This document shows positions 17,939-28,260 of a DNA stretch of 64,000 bases, one piece after another. The notes below the pieces were generated by a model that searched no databases, had not been told where the DNA came from, and saw nothing but the letters and a program-made list of their open reading frames with translations. The stretch is from positions 128,001 to 192,000 of IMG/VR virus record IMGVR_UViG_3300021255_004000, one strand, 5' to 3'. Both the position numbers and the translations under genes were made by a program. Every line of letters begins with the position of its first letter. Position 1 is the stretch's first letter. The stretch is from a virus (lineage: Duplodnaviria; Caudoviricetes).

Positions 17939-18190
17939 TTATATTTCAACATTTTCTTCAATAAACTCTATATCTTCGCCATTCAGTCCTGACTGATAAA
18001 CCATTTTGAACAACTCAGGAAGCGTTCCATAAGTTTCAGAAAGAACCGGTAACTTGGCGGCCATCTCTTTATTTATGTAAATTGGAAACTTTTTTACTTC
18101 AACGCCGTCATCATCAGCGAGAATAATAAAGCGCATCGCCTCATCATTGCCGTTGACTTCTTTAAACATCATTTTCATAAAAACCTCCAA
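17939..18190 (-). CDS. Small hypothetical protein, related to 4113..4310
   Basis: Shared C-terminal pattern LFKMVYQSGLNGEDIEF. Confidence 0.6.
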   Translation of the reverse strand: MEVFMKMMFKEVNGNDEAMRFIILADDDGVEVKKFPIYINKEMAAKLPVLSETYGTLPELFKMVYQSGLNGEDIEFIEENVEI

Positions 18191-18195
18191 AAGGA

Positions 18196-18480
18196 TTAAA
18201 GAGTATCAAACTCTTTTCTGTGATGTGTTTCAATGACACAAGTAATAATCTTGTGTGTGTTGCCATCACATACAATCGTAATCAACTTGTCATTCACGCG
18301 CATCGTAAAGTATTCAGAGTTGCGACCTCTGTTATCAATTTTGCGATGTGGCTCGCTGTTCTGACAAACACTAAGAATATAGGCTCTTGTGTCATCATCC
18401 AATTCAACGCCCACCCGCTCATAAAATACTTTATAGAAATAGTTTGTGAATGAATACCGTTTAGTATGTTCCATCCTCAA
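18196..18480 (-). CDS. Small hypothetical protein (degenerate RelE-like pattern)
   Basis: ...FYER...KIITC. Confidence 0.5.
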   Translation of the reverse strand: MRMEHTKRYSFTNYFYKVFYERVGVELDDDTRAYILSVCQNSEPHRKIDNRGRNSEYFTMRVNDKLITIVCDGNTHKIITCVIETHHRKEFDTL

Positions 18481-18904
18481 GCTTCTCCTTATTCTTTAAG
18501 AATACTTCAAGCTTGAAAGGGTCCTGTGCAACTGTAACGCCACTTATGAGGCCCATATCATAAATCGCTTTAGCAACATTTCTAAAGTCCTTTGCGATAG
18601 CTTCCTCATAGCCCATAACAAGCTTTCCGTTTTTTGTATATTCTCGAATGATTGACATAAAGTATTCGTTCAACACTTCAATGTTCTTATCGAGATAATA
18701 GTCGGAAATATCCTCGTTAAGTTCTTCAACAGCTTCCTTCTTTGACTTTACTTTTTGCTTCTGCATAATTGAAACTACGCCGTCAGTGAATGCACGCTGT
18801 GCAAGATTTATAATTTGAGACTTCATATAAGAATAATCTTTTGAATCTTCAGTTATTCTTGAAGCCTCTTCTTTGTAAGTTGGCAACTTTGAATTAAGTG
18901 TCAT
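18461..18904 (-). CDS. Hypothetical helical protein
   Basis: SD GGAGG; ACTAATT at 18924-18930. Confidence 0.65.
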   Translation of the reverse strand: MTLNSKLPTYKEEASRITEDSKDYSYMKSQIINLAQRAFTDGVVSIMQKQKVKSKKEAVEELNEDISDYYLDKNIEVLNEYFMSIIREYTKNGKLVMGYEEAIAKDFRNVAKAIYDMGLISGVTVAQDPFKLEVFLKNKEKLEDGTY

Positions 18905-18925
18905 CTTGTAACCTCCATCTTTTAA

Positions 18926-21900
18926 TTAGTTTTTACCGAAGTCTTTTAACGAAATTGCGAAATCTCCTGAGTTTGGAATAACATCAGTTTGTTCCTCAAT
19001 GATTGGCCACATTGCGTAAGCAGCCGCACCTGACAAAGCAGCAGGGTTCTTAGCAGGCATTGTCAACATAAGTCCGCTTTCTGTTTGATTGCAGAACTCA
19101 AGTGTTATATCTGATTTGTAACCTTCTGCCTTAGGGAGTTTTCCACTTACAGGAATTCTCCAATAATCTGTACTCTGTTTAGCACCACAAAGTATTGCTT
19201 GAGGATCTGTAACACCAGCTTGTGTAAGATCTCTAATCTTATCAGCAGCAGTACCACCGAACAAGTTGAACACAATTCCTGTTTCGCTAGCAGCAAGGTT
19301 GTCCCAGTTGATGTCAAATGGCTGAAGTGAGTTTTCATCAGAATAAACCTGATTCATATACATATCGTAATCGTGTGTTGTAAGTTTTAATGTATCGTTA
19401 TTCTGCAACTTCTTACGAGTTTTGAACTCGTTCTTTACTTCTTTTGAGAATATACCATAAGGACCGTTTGTAGGTTTGATGATATACTTCTCTTTACCAT
19501 ATTTGATTGCCCAACCAGCATTGTTCCACATTTCGCCTTTTGCAGTGTTGATTGTGTCGCCTGCGTCACGGTTCTTATAAGAACCATCTCTTTTCTTGAT
19601 GTAATTCCAAGGACGAACTTTAATAATTGTTTCATCATTTGGAGACAATTCACCAGACTTGAGTTTTTCCTGACATTTGATATAATCAGCTTCAGTTGCG
19701 TATTTTACTTTTACATAAACTGTCTTAATCATATCAGAGTCAAGAGCAGCAGATTCATCATTTACAATCTTCTGTAATGTTTCAGTTTTCTTTTCGATTG
19801 TATTCTGAATTTCATAGAATGCAACAGTTTCTTTTCCTGTTGTTCTACTAAACTCAGCAGGTACAACACCCGCACCAGATGAAACAGCAGAAGCAACCAT
19901 TTGAGGAATCATTTTCTCAAGATGGCGGCAAGCCCACAATGTACCGTCTTGTTTGTTACATCTCTTATTGATAAAGTATCTTCTTGACTCATACAACACA
20001 TTCAAGTATGCAAGGAAGAACTGTTCAATTCCTTCATCATATTTCAATGCAATGAAAGAGTTCATATCGCGCCAACTTGCAATCATTGTGTTGTATGACA
20101 TTGTTTTAATGTCAAGATCTTTATAAACCTCAAGTTTGCTGTTCATACTTGCAAGAGTACTGATTCTTGAATTGAATGCATTCTCAAGGTCTCTGTGTTT
20201 ATTATAGTTGGTTTGTGGATCATTATCAAACCAATCTCTTGCCCATACCAAGAATTGATTATAACCATAGATGTCTTCACAGTTGTAAACAGTATCAGAG
20301 TCTTTATCCTTAAACTTTCCTTCAGGATTTGCAAGGAAGTATGAACGAGGAGAAACAAGAGCAGCTGAACGGTTTGTGCCAACCATAATGTCACGAATAT
20401 AGTCAAATGACATTATGTACTTACCTGTATCACGGCCGCTTGAGTCTTTGATATGTCCACAAGTTAAGTCCTTAGCGCCGCTTAAGAAACCATTCTGAGT
20501 TGAAACAAGATTGTACATAAATCTTGGAGCAATATCATAAGAAGTGAAATAATATTTTGCTCCAACCCAAGCGTTCTTTAATGTACATTTATCAACATAA
20601 TCGTGAAGTCTTCCGTCTCCGCCCCACTGCTGATATGTTGTATATGAACGAATGTTATCAGCAGTAATAAGGAACTCATTACCATTGTTTCTTACCTTAC
20701 AGCCTCGTGCTTCGATAGCTTGTTTACCCATACCTGTGTCAAGATTTGTTACATCAATAGCAAAGTTCTTTAATGAGAATGTTGCAATTTTTGGACCTGA
20801 CATATCACCACGGTAGAATGTGTTTCTTAAGTTCATATTAAGAATCATTTTGTTCCACCACCAAGGTGCTCCGCCTTCAGTGTAATTCATATATCCACCT
20901 GGGATACGATATGTGTTACCGTTGATAACAACATCACCTTGTGTGAATGATGCAATCTTCCAGAATGGGAATTCCAACTGACCAAATGCAACATCAAGCG
21001 GGTTATCAATTTTTGTAATGCGAGTCTTATCACTGAATGTTTCAATAGGAGAGTCATCAGCAACAAAGTCAATACCTGGGATGTCACCAAGAATACCTTT
21101 ACCACGAATACCACTGAATGATGAGTGCATTTCATCAGAGTCCTTATTTACATTGAAATAAGGGAAACGACGACCACCAAGATTTTCCATAAGGTCATAA
21201 GGTGACTTACGAGTTTCTGCACAGTTGTTACCATAATCTGAACCAAAGAAACTGTGTTTTGCAATGTCTGAACTTAATTGTCCGTTTACAGGAACAGTTG
21301 AATCCTGAATTGCCTTTGATCTTGAAATCTTACCATAGTCTGAACCATAGTTTGTAAATGTAGGTTTATAAAGTCCCGCATAAAATCTATCTGTTGTATC
21401 AACTCTTACTGAAAGATAATGCTTCCATCCGCAATGCTTCTCAAACCAGTGTTTACATTTGTTTGATGAATAAGATTTAGAATGTTCACACCAATACCAA
21501 ATAGGCTTCATATTGTGATAAACTTCACAACGGAACAAACAGTCAGGAGCATCACCTGGGCCACGAGTCAAGAACATAAGTTTATTATGAGCACCGATGC
21601 CTCGTCCCCAGTCAACCAAGTAGTCCATTACATCGTGTTCCTTTGTTGTCATATATGAAGAAATTACTTCGTGATACTTTTCATCATAAGCTTGGAACAA
21701 AGTTCCTGGCTGCATACCTGCATCATCAATAAATAATTCATAATCTTCAGTTGACGCAGAAAGATATGCTCTTTCAAGAGGCGTTGAAAAGCCAAACATT
21801 CTTGAGAATGTTGCTGCCCATCTGTTGCGGAACTTATCATTTGACTGTGGGTCAAGAGTTGCATTATAGTGCTGAACTTGGGCAATCTTCCAATTATAAT

Positions 21901-24511
21901 CGTGGAAGCCATTATGCATAACATAGCGTTTGAAATCTGCATAACACCATTCATAGTGCCAAGCCCAAGTGCAAGGTACATATCTGTGCAATACACATTT
22001 CCAACCCCAGTTCCATTGCCAAGAGAAATAGAAACTGTAATATCTTTCCCAAGCATCATAATATGCCCAGTTGTCCCAAAGTGACCACCACCACCAACGA
22101 TTGCTGAACAATGTTGATTCACGCCATTCCCACCAATAGTTGCCGTAACGATTAAGCAACTCTCCATTGTGAGCACGCTGATCCCAAGCAACATCGTAGC
22201 CCCACCAACGCCAGCCGAACCAACCCCACCAGCCTGACCACCAAGGAGCTCTTCTGTGAAGATGTCCTTCAATGATAGTATCGTGACGGCGTCTGATGTA
22301 TGCAGTTTGAATTGAGTATGAGTGAACACCCTGCTTTAAGCGAGAGAAACCTGCTGACCAAGACTGTTCAAATGACTGCTTTTCAGCGTTTGCAACAGCG
22401 CCAACATTTGAACACCACTTTTCATTTCCTTTGTAATAATAATCATCTTGCCAGTTTGGAAGTGATGGCCAAGTAATTCCCGCCCAAGAGTCGTGACTGA
22501 AGCTTTCAGGACATTTATCAATACGAGGAACATTTCTTAAGTAAACAGAGTTCTCTTCATAGTAAGACTGATATGACTCAGGTGAACGATAGTATCCGTG
22601 AGGTCCACCATATAATGTTGGGTTGTACTGAGGAACACCTACGCCACTTGAGTTTTCTGTAAATGCTTTTTCTGTTCCAAGAATGTAACCATCTTTATCT
22701 CTTAAAGGAGCTTGCTGACCTGTAGCAGCCTGTTCTGTGATACCAAGTGAGTCCTGCATTGTACCATAAGTATTGCCGCTTCCGCTTTTCAAACGGCTTT
22801 CTGCTTGTTTCATTGAAGCATCTTTTTTACTGTCCTTTGTGTTGAACATATTCAAGAATGTTAATGCACCTTTGAATACGCTTCCTGGACAGTATGAGTT
22901 TCCACCTGAACCTTCACTCCAAGAGTAAGAATAATCGTCATCATTTGTAACATTGCTGTTACCTGAACCGTTATCACCGCCGACAACTTCTGAACCGTCA
23001 TAAGGTACACCATCAGCAGCAACACCATAAAGTATCATTTCAACTTGGTCGATTAAGTCTTTCTTTTTGAATAAGCCACAAGATGTTGCCAAGTAAACCA
23101 AGTCAATATCTGTAAAGCCATCGTCATCACCAGTGTAAAGAGCTTTCCAAATCTTTTTATCAAAAGACCAATCAGTGTAACCCGAAAGAGCAGCATTTTC
23201 AAAGTCCTGATACATTAAGCGTGAACTAATACAGTCACGGCGAGGTTTGTATCCTATGTCTTTACCTGCAAGATAGCTGCTTACACCTTCACGACCAAAC
23301 TTGAACCAATTTGGTACATAAACAATTTGGCCATTCTGTTCAATCTTATCAAGCCAACCTGCCATCTTCCAAGGGTCAGGATATGCAGTATGCCAAGATG
23401 AATATGGGTAAGCATTGATATGCCAAGTTTTATGATAATCTGAGTTGAGTTTTGAAATCGCACAGTTTACAACACCATAGGATGCTGCACGCTCATCAGT
23501 AAATCCTGAAGGATTATCTTTGTCCAAACGATGAGTCAACAAAATAAGATTTGGCATTGTACCATTAAAGTCAGAGATAAGTCCTTCTTGAAGATATAAT
23601 GAAATATCCCATTCTGTAAGATATGTTGATACAATTCCTGAGCAGCCTTCAAAAAGCCACTGAATCATATTGATGTTGTCATTGATTGCTTTGAAGCCTG
23701 GAGCACGATATGTAAATGAAGCACGAGCAGCCTTAAATGTATTCAAATCAAAAGTATCATAGTACTTGTCATTGTCATTTGTTGCTGAAGCATTTTTAAC
23801 AAGACGAGTATCATCTGCTTCTGTTTGAGTAACTTCTTCACCTGCTTCAATCAATTTTTCATTAAGTTCATCGAGTTCTTTCTGACGCTTCGCTTTTGCC
23901 TGTGAAAGGTAGTCTCCCATAGACAACATTTGTGTTTGCCCATCATCACTAAGGTAAGCGCCTTTCCAAGATGTTGCTTTAACACTGTTTGGTTTGAAAG
24001 GTGGGAACCAAAGAACTGAGTAGTATTCTTCAGTATCAACAAGTCGGTCAACTCTCCAAACTTTATATTTAAGTACAGTGTTATATAAAGATCTTGTAAG
24101 CAAACGACCTTGTGCATCTGTTTGATTGTTTACTGTACCTGGGAGTGCGCGACCTGTAACTTCTCCCAAACGATATTGAGCATCTCCTTGTGTTGGAGAA
24201 ATATACATATCATAGAAGTTTTGAATTGTCTGTAAAGCAGCTTGTGTATTTATTTGGTCATTGAATATTTTTGCGTCGTCGCCCATTGAGCGAACAGAAT
24301 AACCTTTTTCATCAAGATATGAAACAAGTTCAGATGATCCTTCTGAAGAGTTCTGCAAGTTGAGGAACTCAGAAAGAGTCATTCCTATTCCGCCTGCAGC
24401 ATCATACACATTTTTTACAAGGCCGTTGTAATCTGCCTTTATTTGTGCAAGGTTATCCATTGTGCCCACTTCATAAGGTGAGCCATTGTAAAATTCTTCT
24501 GTATTCATCAA
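18926..24511 (-). CDS. Giant 1861-aa probable virion protein with Trp-rich segment
   Basis: Uninterrupted ORF; ACTAATT at 24526-24532 plus SD. Confidence 0.7.
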   Translation of the reverse strand: MMNTEEFYNGSPYEVGTMDNLAQIKADYNGLVKNVYDAAGGIGMTLSEFLNLQNSSEGSSELVSYLDEKGYSVRSMGDDAKIFNDQINTQAALQTIQNFYDMYISPTQGDAQYRLGEVTGRALPGTVNNQTDAQGRLLTRSLYNTVLKYKVWRVDRLVDTEEYYSVLWFPPFKPNSVKATSWKGAYLSDDGQTQMLSMGDYLSQAKAKRQKELDELNEKLIEAGEEVTQTEADDTRLVKNASATNDNDKYYDTFDLNTFKAARASFTYRAPGFKAINDNINMIQWLFEGCSGIVSTYLTEWDISLYLQEGLISDFNGTMPNLILLTHRLDKDNPSGFTDERAASYGVVNCAISKLNSDYHKTWHINAYPYSSWHTAYPDPWKMAGWLDKIEQNGQIVYVPNWFKFGREGVSSYLAGKDIGYKPRRDCISSRLMYQDFENAALSGYTDWSFDKKIWKALYTGDDDGFTDIDLVYLATSCGLFKKKDLIDQVEMILYGVAADGVPYDGSEVVGGDNGSGNSNVTNDDDYSYSWSEGSGGNSYCPGSVFKGALTFLNMFNTKDSKKDASMKQAESRLKSGSGNTYGTMQDSLGITEQAATGQQAPLRDKDGYILGTEKAFTENSSGVGVPQYNPTLYGGPHGYYRSPESYQSYYEENSVYLRNVPRIDKCPESFSHDSWAGITWPSLPNWQDDYYYKGNEKWCSNVGAVANAEKQSFEQSWSAGFSRLKQGVHSYSIQTAYIRRRHDTIIEGHLHRRAPWWSGWWGWFGWRWWGYDVAWDQRAHNGELLNRYGNYWWEWRESTLFSNRWWWWSLWDNWAYYDAWERYYSFYFSWQWNWGWKCVLHRYVPCTWAWHYEWCYADFKRYVMHNGFHDYNWKIAQVQHYNATLDPQSNDKFRNRWAATFSRMFGFSTPLERAYLSASTEDYELFIDDAGMQPGTLFQAYDEKYHEVISSYMTTKEHDVMDYLVDWGRGIGAHNKLMFLTRGPGDAPDCLFRCEVYHNMKPIWYWCEHSKSYSSNKCKHWFEKHCGWKHYLSVRVDTTDRFYAGLYKPTFTNYGSDYGKISRSKAIQDSTVPVNGQLSSDIAKHSFFGSDYGNNCAETRKSPYDLMENLGGRRFPYFNVNKDSDEMHSSFSGIRGKGILGDIPGIDFVADDSPIETFSDKTRITKIDNPLDVAFGQLEFPFWKIASFTQGDVVINGNTYRIPGGYMNYTEGGAPWWWNKMILNMNLRNTFYRGDMSGPKIATFSLKNFAIDVTNLDTGMGKQAIEARGCKVRNNGNEFLITADNIRSYTTYQQWGGDGRLHDYVDKCTLKNAWVGAKYYFTSYDIAPRFMYNLVSTQNGFLSGAKDLTCGHIKDSSGRDTGKYIMSFDYIRDIMVGTNRSAALVSPRSYFLANPEGKFKDKDSDTVYNCEDIYGYNQFLVWARDWFDNDPQTNYNKHRDLENAFNSRISTLASMNSKLEVYKDLDIKTMSYNTMIASWRDMNSFIALKYDEGIEQFFLAYLNVLYESRRYFINKRCNKQDGTLWACRHLEKMIPQMVASAVSSGAGVVPAEFSRTTGKETVAFYEIQNTIEKKTETLQKIVNDESAALDSDMIKTVYVKVKYATEADYIKCQEKLKSGELSPNDETIIKVRPWNYIKKRDGSYKNRDAGDTINTAKGEMWNNAGWAIKYGKEKYIIKPTNGPYGIFSKEVKNEFKTRKKLQNNDTLKLTTHDYDMYMNQVYSDENSLQPFDINWDNLAASETGIVFNLFGGTAADKIRDLTQAGVTDPQAILCGAKQSTDYWRIPVSGKLPKAEGYKSDITLEFCNQTESGLMLTMPAKNPAALSGAAAYAMWPIIEEQTDVIPNSGDFAISLKDFGKN

Positions 24512-24537
24512 AACCTCTAATAAGTAATTAGTAAGAA

Positions 24538-26037
24538 TTACTTAATTCTGATTGGACCTAAGAAGTCAGTCATATCAGTGATAGTTGCATTAACGACAGT
24601 ATCTTTAACTTTAACATCATTAAGAATATCATTTGTTTGTTCAAGAATGCCTTGTGTAGAATCCATAAGGTTATTGATTGCACTCTTAATTCCTTCAGGC
24701 ATAGCAGCTGAAAGAATGTTTTTGAGACCTGCGCCATTTACGCCGTTTTCATCAATGCCATCTTTGCCAAATAATGCAGTGCCCATTGTATCTTTGAATG
24801 TGTCACCAGCTTTCTTCCATTTATCTTTATTACCGTATTCTTTGATTGGATTGTTATACTTGTCGCCTTTATTTGTAAACTTATTGAATGAGTCAACAAG
24901 ACTTTTCTTATTTGCATCATACTGTTTCATACCAAATGAAACAAGGTTTTTTGTCATACTGATTGCAGAGTCAACGCCAGAAAGTGTTTCATTGATTTCA
25001 TCAAGAACCTTTTGAACCTGCTCTGTCTTACAGTCCATATCAAGCAAGTCCCAAATCATTTGAATGATTTCACCAATAACAGAAATAAGCAATGCAGCAA
25101 TTTTCTCTGCAACCATTTGTGCAACCTGAGCAGCTGCAGGTGGATTTATCCAACACTGTGCGGCAAATGCAACCATCTTAACGACAGGAACAACAACTGA
25201 AAGAATTAAGAGAAGTACTTTCTTTAATGTGTTGATAACTTTCAACAAGGCAAGAATCGACTGAAGAATGCCAAGTTCTTTTGCAATACAAGCAGCAGCT
25301 TTAGCAGCTTGTTCATTTGCTGCTTTATTTGCTTTATTCATTTGGTCTTCAACATCTTTATCTGCTTGGTCAGCAGCAGCGCCTGAACCGCCGCCCACTC
25401 CTGCATCATCTTCTTCTTCATCTTCATTACCACTATCAGAGCTGTCACCATCACTTTCAAGTAATGCAGCTTTAAGTTTATTGAACTCAGGATTAGAAGA
25501 TTCAAAGTCTTCAGCAGTTTCATCTTCAGTATCACAACCAGGGTTGAACATTTCAGTTGCAAGTCCAACACCATCAGGAACTTTTGAATATGGGAAAGGA
25601 CCTTGAATTATTACGCTAGGAATCATTCCTGCAATTTCATTCAATAAGAAATTGATTTGGTCATCAAAGTTGCTTTTTGGCAAAAATAAGTTATCACCAA
25701 GATCACCACCCAAAGCAGATTGAGCTTTAAGTTGACTCAATGAAATGTCATTTGATGGAGAAGCTCCGCCGTTGATACCTGATGTTGTTGTCAAGAAGTT
25801 ATCATTATCAACAACTTCAGGTCTTTTGAACTTTGGAAGATTGGCAGCTTCTTTTTGAAGAGCTTTAATTCTTTGCTCAATTATGTCAATAATGGCAGCC
25901 TGCTCATCTTCCCATTCTTCTTCACCGGTTTTTCTGATTTCTCGTTTTGGGTTTAAGTCAGCATCGCCCCATTCATAATCGGAGCCGAGATATTGGTCAT
26001 AAACTTTCTTTAAGAACTCATCGTTATTTTCTGCCAT
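24538..26037 (-). CDS. Probable virion protein with acidic linker and hydrophobic helical hairpin
   Basis: ACTAATT 11 nt before ATG; LGILQSILALL...IIQMIWDLL. Confidence 0.6.
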   Translation of the reverse strand: MAENNDEFLKKVYDQYLGSDYEWGDADLNPKREIRKTGEEEWEDEQAAIIDIIEQRIKALQKEAANLPKFKRPEVVDNDNFLTTTSGINGGASPSNDISLSQLKAQSALGGDLGDNLFLPKSNFDDQINFLLNEIAGMIPSVIIQGPFPYSKVPDGVGLATEMFNPGCDTEDETAEDFESSNPEFNKLKAALLESDGDSSDSGNEDEEEDDAGVGGGSGAAADQADKDVEDQMNKANKAANEQAAKAAACIAKELGILQSILALLKVINTLKKVLLLILSVVVPVVKMVAFAAQCWINPPAAAQVAQMVAEKIAALLISVIGEIIQMIWDLLDMDCKTEQVQKVLDEINETLSGVDSAISMTKNLVSFGMKQYDANKKSLVDSFNKFTNKGDKYNNPIKEYGNKDKWKKAGDTFKDTMGTALFGKDGIDENGVNGAGLKNILSAAMPEGIKSAINNLMDSTQGILEQTNDILNDVKVKDTVVNATITDMTDFLGPIRIK

Positions 26038-26050
26038 AATCAATTAGTCC

Positions 26051-26863
26051 TTAATCATCAAAGTCGGAATATCTCATCTTCATACAACTTTTCAACAACT
26101 GAAAGATTTGGTCCTGAATCCAATCTTCAGGATATGTAATTCCAATTTCTTTCCAATACTGATGCGTGTCAAATAAGTTTTCATTTGAAAGTTGATTATA
26201 TGCATCACAAAGATTGTTGCGGATAATACCAATGATATGTGTTGTGCGGTCTTTTACATAATGCTGAACATCTTCTTTACATTTACCAATATTGTTACTT
26301 ACAAGCATTTGGTACAATTCAATTTGAAGGTCACGAAGTAATGAATCAACTGCGCTTTCAACAAGATTAGTAAATACACGAGTTTTCGGATTGTTCTTGT
26401 ATGTCTTTACTTCTTCAATAAGATAATATGAATCACCGCCAGCAACATCAGAAAGATTTTCTCTTCCTGTTACTTTGCGAGATTCTTTCTCGATTCCTAA
26501 TGAATCTACAATAGCGTCTTCAAGAATTGAATAAATTAAACGGTTGAAAATTGGACGAAGAGACTGTAAGAATGGAGCAACCAATGAAAATTGTCTTGAT
26601 ATAACATAACGAGTTCTTTCTTCAACTTGACGCTTTGCTTCCATCAATTCTTTTGCATTAACGCCTGTATCACCTTTTACAGATTCTGCTTTTGAAAAGT
26701 CAACTTGAAAGTCACCAAGCTTCAAACTTTTCGCATTTTTGAAAAGCAAATATCCTAATGAAAGAATTAAACAAATTATGCTTATTATTAAAATCACAAA
26801 AAGAACAGGATGCGCACTGAACAAAGTCAGTAATCCTGTTCCTGAAATTACCTCTGCGTCCAT
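26051..26863 (-). CDS. Single N-terminal TM helical protein (possible paralog of 14171..15148)
   Basis: TM at residues ~20-41; ACTAATT 11 nt before ATG. Confidence 0.65.
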   Translation of the reverse strand: MDAEVISGTGLLTLFSAHPVLFVILIISIICLILSLGYLLFKNAKSLKLGDFQVDFSKAESVKGDTGVNAKELMEAKRQVEERTRYVISRQFSLVAPFLQSLRPIFNRLIYSILEDAIVDSLGIEKESRKVTGRENLSDVAGGDSYYLIEEVKTYKNNPKTRVFTNLVESAVDSLLRDLQIELYQMLVSNNIGKCKEDVQHYVKDRTTHIIGIIRNNLCDAYNQLSNENLFDTHQYWKEIGITYPEDWIQDQIFQLLKSCMKMRYSDFDD

Positions 26864-26873
26864 AACAAATTAG

Positions 26874-27206
26874 TTACAGGCGACTTGCATCAAATACAAT
26901 TTTATGAGCAGTATCTGCGGTTGTTTCAACAACATACATCTTATTGATAGTTTTCTTGTCTTTGTCATCACCAACAAATGCGCCGCGAATGTCTGCGTTG
27001 ATCTTGAATTCTTTATCAAAAACATCAGCAGGATTTGGCTTAATAATATTTGTCTGTTTCTTACCGATTGTTGACTTTGCAACAACTTGAAGGCCAATGC
27101 GTTTTGCGTAGAATGTTTTCTTCTGAAGAGATGAAACCACGAAAAAGTTCACATAATTGCCTGCAGAAGTTTTAACATCTGCAGCGAGAATTGTACCTAC
27201 TTCCAT
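26874..27206 (-). CDS. SH3-like small phage protein (start reassigned)
   Basis: MEVGTILAAD after SD GAGG; resembles 58967..59473 N-terminus. Confidence 0.55.
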   Translation of the reverse strand: MEVGTILAADVKTSAGNYVNFFVVSSLQKKTFYAKRIGLQVVAKSTIGKKQTNIIKPNPADVFDKEFKINADIRGAFVGDDKDKKTINKMYVVETTADTAHKIVFDASRL

Positions 27207-27217
27207 TTCTTTCCTCC

Positions 27218-27709
27218 TTAGTATGATCTGTACTGATAAGAACCTGCAGGACGGCGATGATAGCGGCGAGCGGCCTGAGCTCTGCATTGCTCGCAATATG
27301 CTTCATATTCAGCGCGAGCACGAGGAACATAAACATCGTTGATAACTTTTGCGTGAGCTTTCTGAAGTTCAACAAAAGCATCTTCTGTTTCATTATGGGC
27401 AGCCTCAAGAATTGCCTCAGTGTTGAAACCATTCTTTGCAAGAACTCCTTCAATAACTTCTACCTGACGGTTTGAAAGGTAACCCTTATCCTTGTACTGT
27501 TCAATGATTGAAGGAATGAAGTCGTTTAAGAACTTGTTCTTTGGATTTTTTGCAAGGATTTCGTCCTTTGCAGAAGCAAGAGCTTCAACCATCAAAAGTG
27601 CCTTGAAGCGGTATGGGTTTTCATCACGAGGACAGGCCTCTGAAAAAGCAAAGAGACGAGTTGCGTCCTTAAAAAGTTTGTCCTGAAGTTCTTGTCCAGT
27701 AAGTGCCAT
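27218..27709 (-). CDS. Early hypothetical protein
   Basis: First gene after class I promoter; FIPSIIEQY...LSNRQ. Confidence 0.65.
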   Translation of the reverse strand: MALTGQELQDKLFKDATRLFAFSEACPRDENPYRFKALLMVEALASAKDEILAKNPKNKFLNDFIPSIIEQYKDKGYLSNRQVEVIEGVLAKNGFNTEAILEAAHNETEDAFVELQKAHAKVINDVYVPRARAEYEAYCEQCRAQAARRYHRRPAGSYQYRSY

Positions 27710-27740
27710 AAAATGCTCCTTGTTTTCAATTTACAGTAAT

Positions 27741-27769
27741 AATATAAAAGACACTCGTGCAAAGTTCAA
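27741..27769 (-). promoter_or_regulatory. Class I promoter
   Basis: TTGAAC-17-TATATT. Confidence 0.85.
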
Positions 27770-27786
27770 TTTTTGCACTAAATAAT

Positions 27787-28260
27787 ATGAAAAAGTATCG
27801 AAAAAAAATCATCAGTCCTGATGAAATTGACGAAATGATTGATGAACAAGTAGATGACGCCTGCCGTTTGAAACATCTTGAGCCTGTGTTGACTTGTAGC
27901 GGAAAAATGTATCATCAGCAAGGCCATAAAGGTATGGCACACGGAATGAAGTTTGACTCTTATTGGGAGTTTGCATATTATCTTTATCAAACAGAAAAAG
28001 AAGGAAAAATCGTTGAGAGAAACACTTCTGAAAGTATCGAATACATTGATGACACTGGAAAGATTGCGAAGTTTTACCCAGACTTTATTGTATCTGGGCA
28101 ATATGTTGAAGTCAAAGGATGGCTAAGACCGAAAGACAGATGCAAAATGGACCAATGTTGGCAAGTGCAATTTGTCTTCGGCGATGATATTAAGCCAATG
28201 ATTGCTTGGTTAAATCAGCATCACAAGAATTGGAGAGATGAGTACATTCAGACATTGTAA
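27787..28260 (+). CDS. PD-(D/E)xK endonuclease (TnsA-N / T4 gp4-like)
   Basis: FDSYWE ... FYPDF ... VEVKG; ACTAAAT 10 nt before ATG 27787. Confidence 0.75.
   Translation: MKKYRKKIISPDEIDEMIDEQVDDACRLKHLEPVLTCSGKMYHQQGHKGMAHGMKFDSYWEFAYYLYQTEKEGKIVERNTSESIEYIDDTGKIAKFYPDFIVSGQYVEVKGWLRPKDRCKMDQCWQVQFVFGDDIKPMIAWLNQHHKNWRDEYIQTL

Noticed and set aside
21664-22329. 221-aa Gly-rich same-strand overlapping ORF
   Set aside because: Shifted-frame shadow of the TGG-rich segment; no clear SD or promoter
28190-28260. 71-bp convergent overlap of two genes as antisense regulation
   Set aside because: Tail-to-tail overlaps are common in compact phage genomes; no further support
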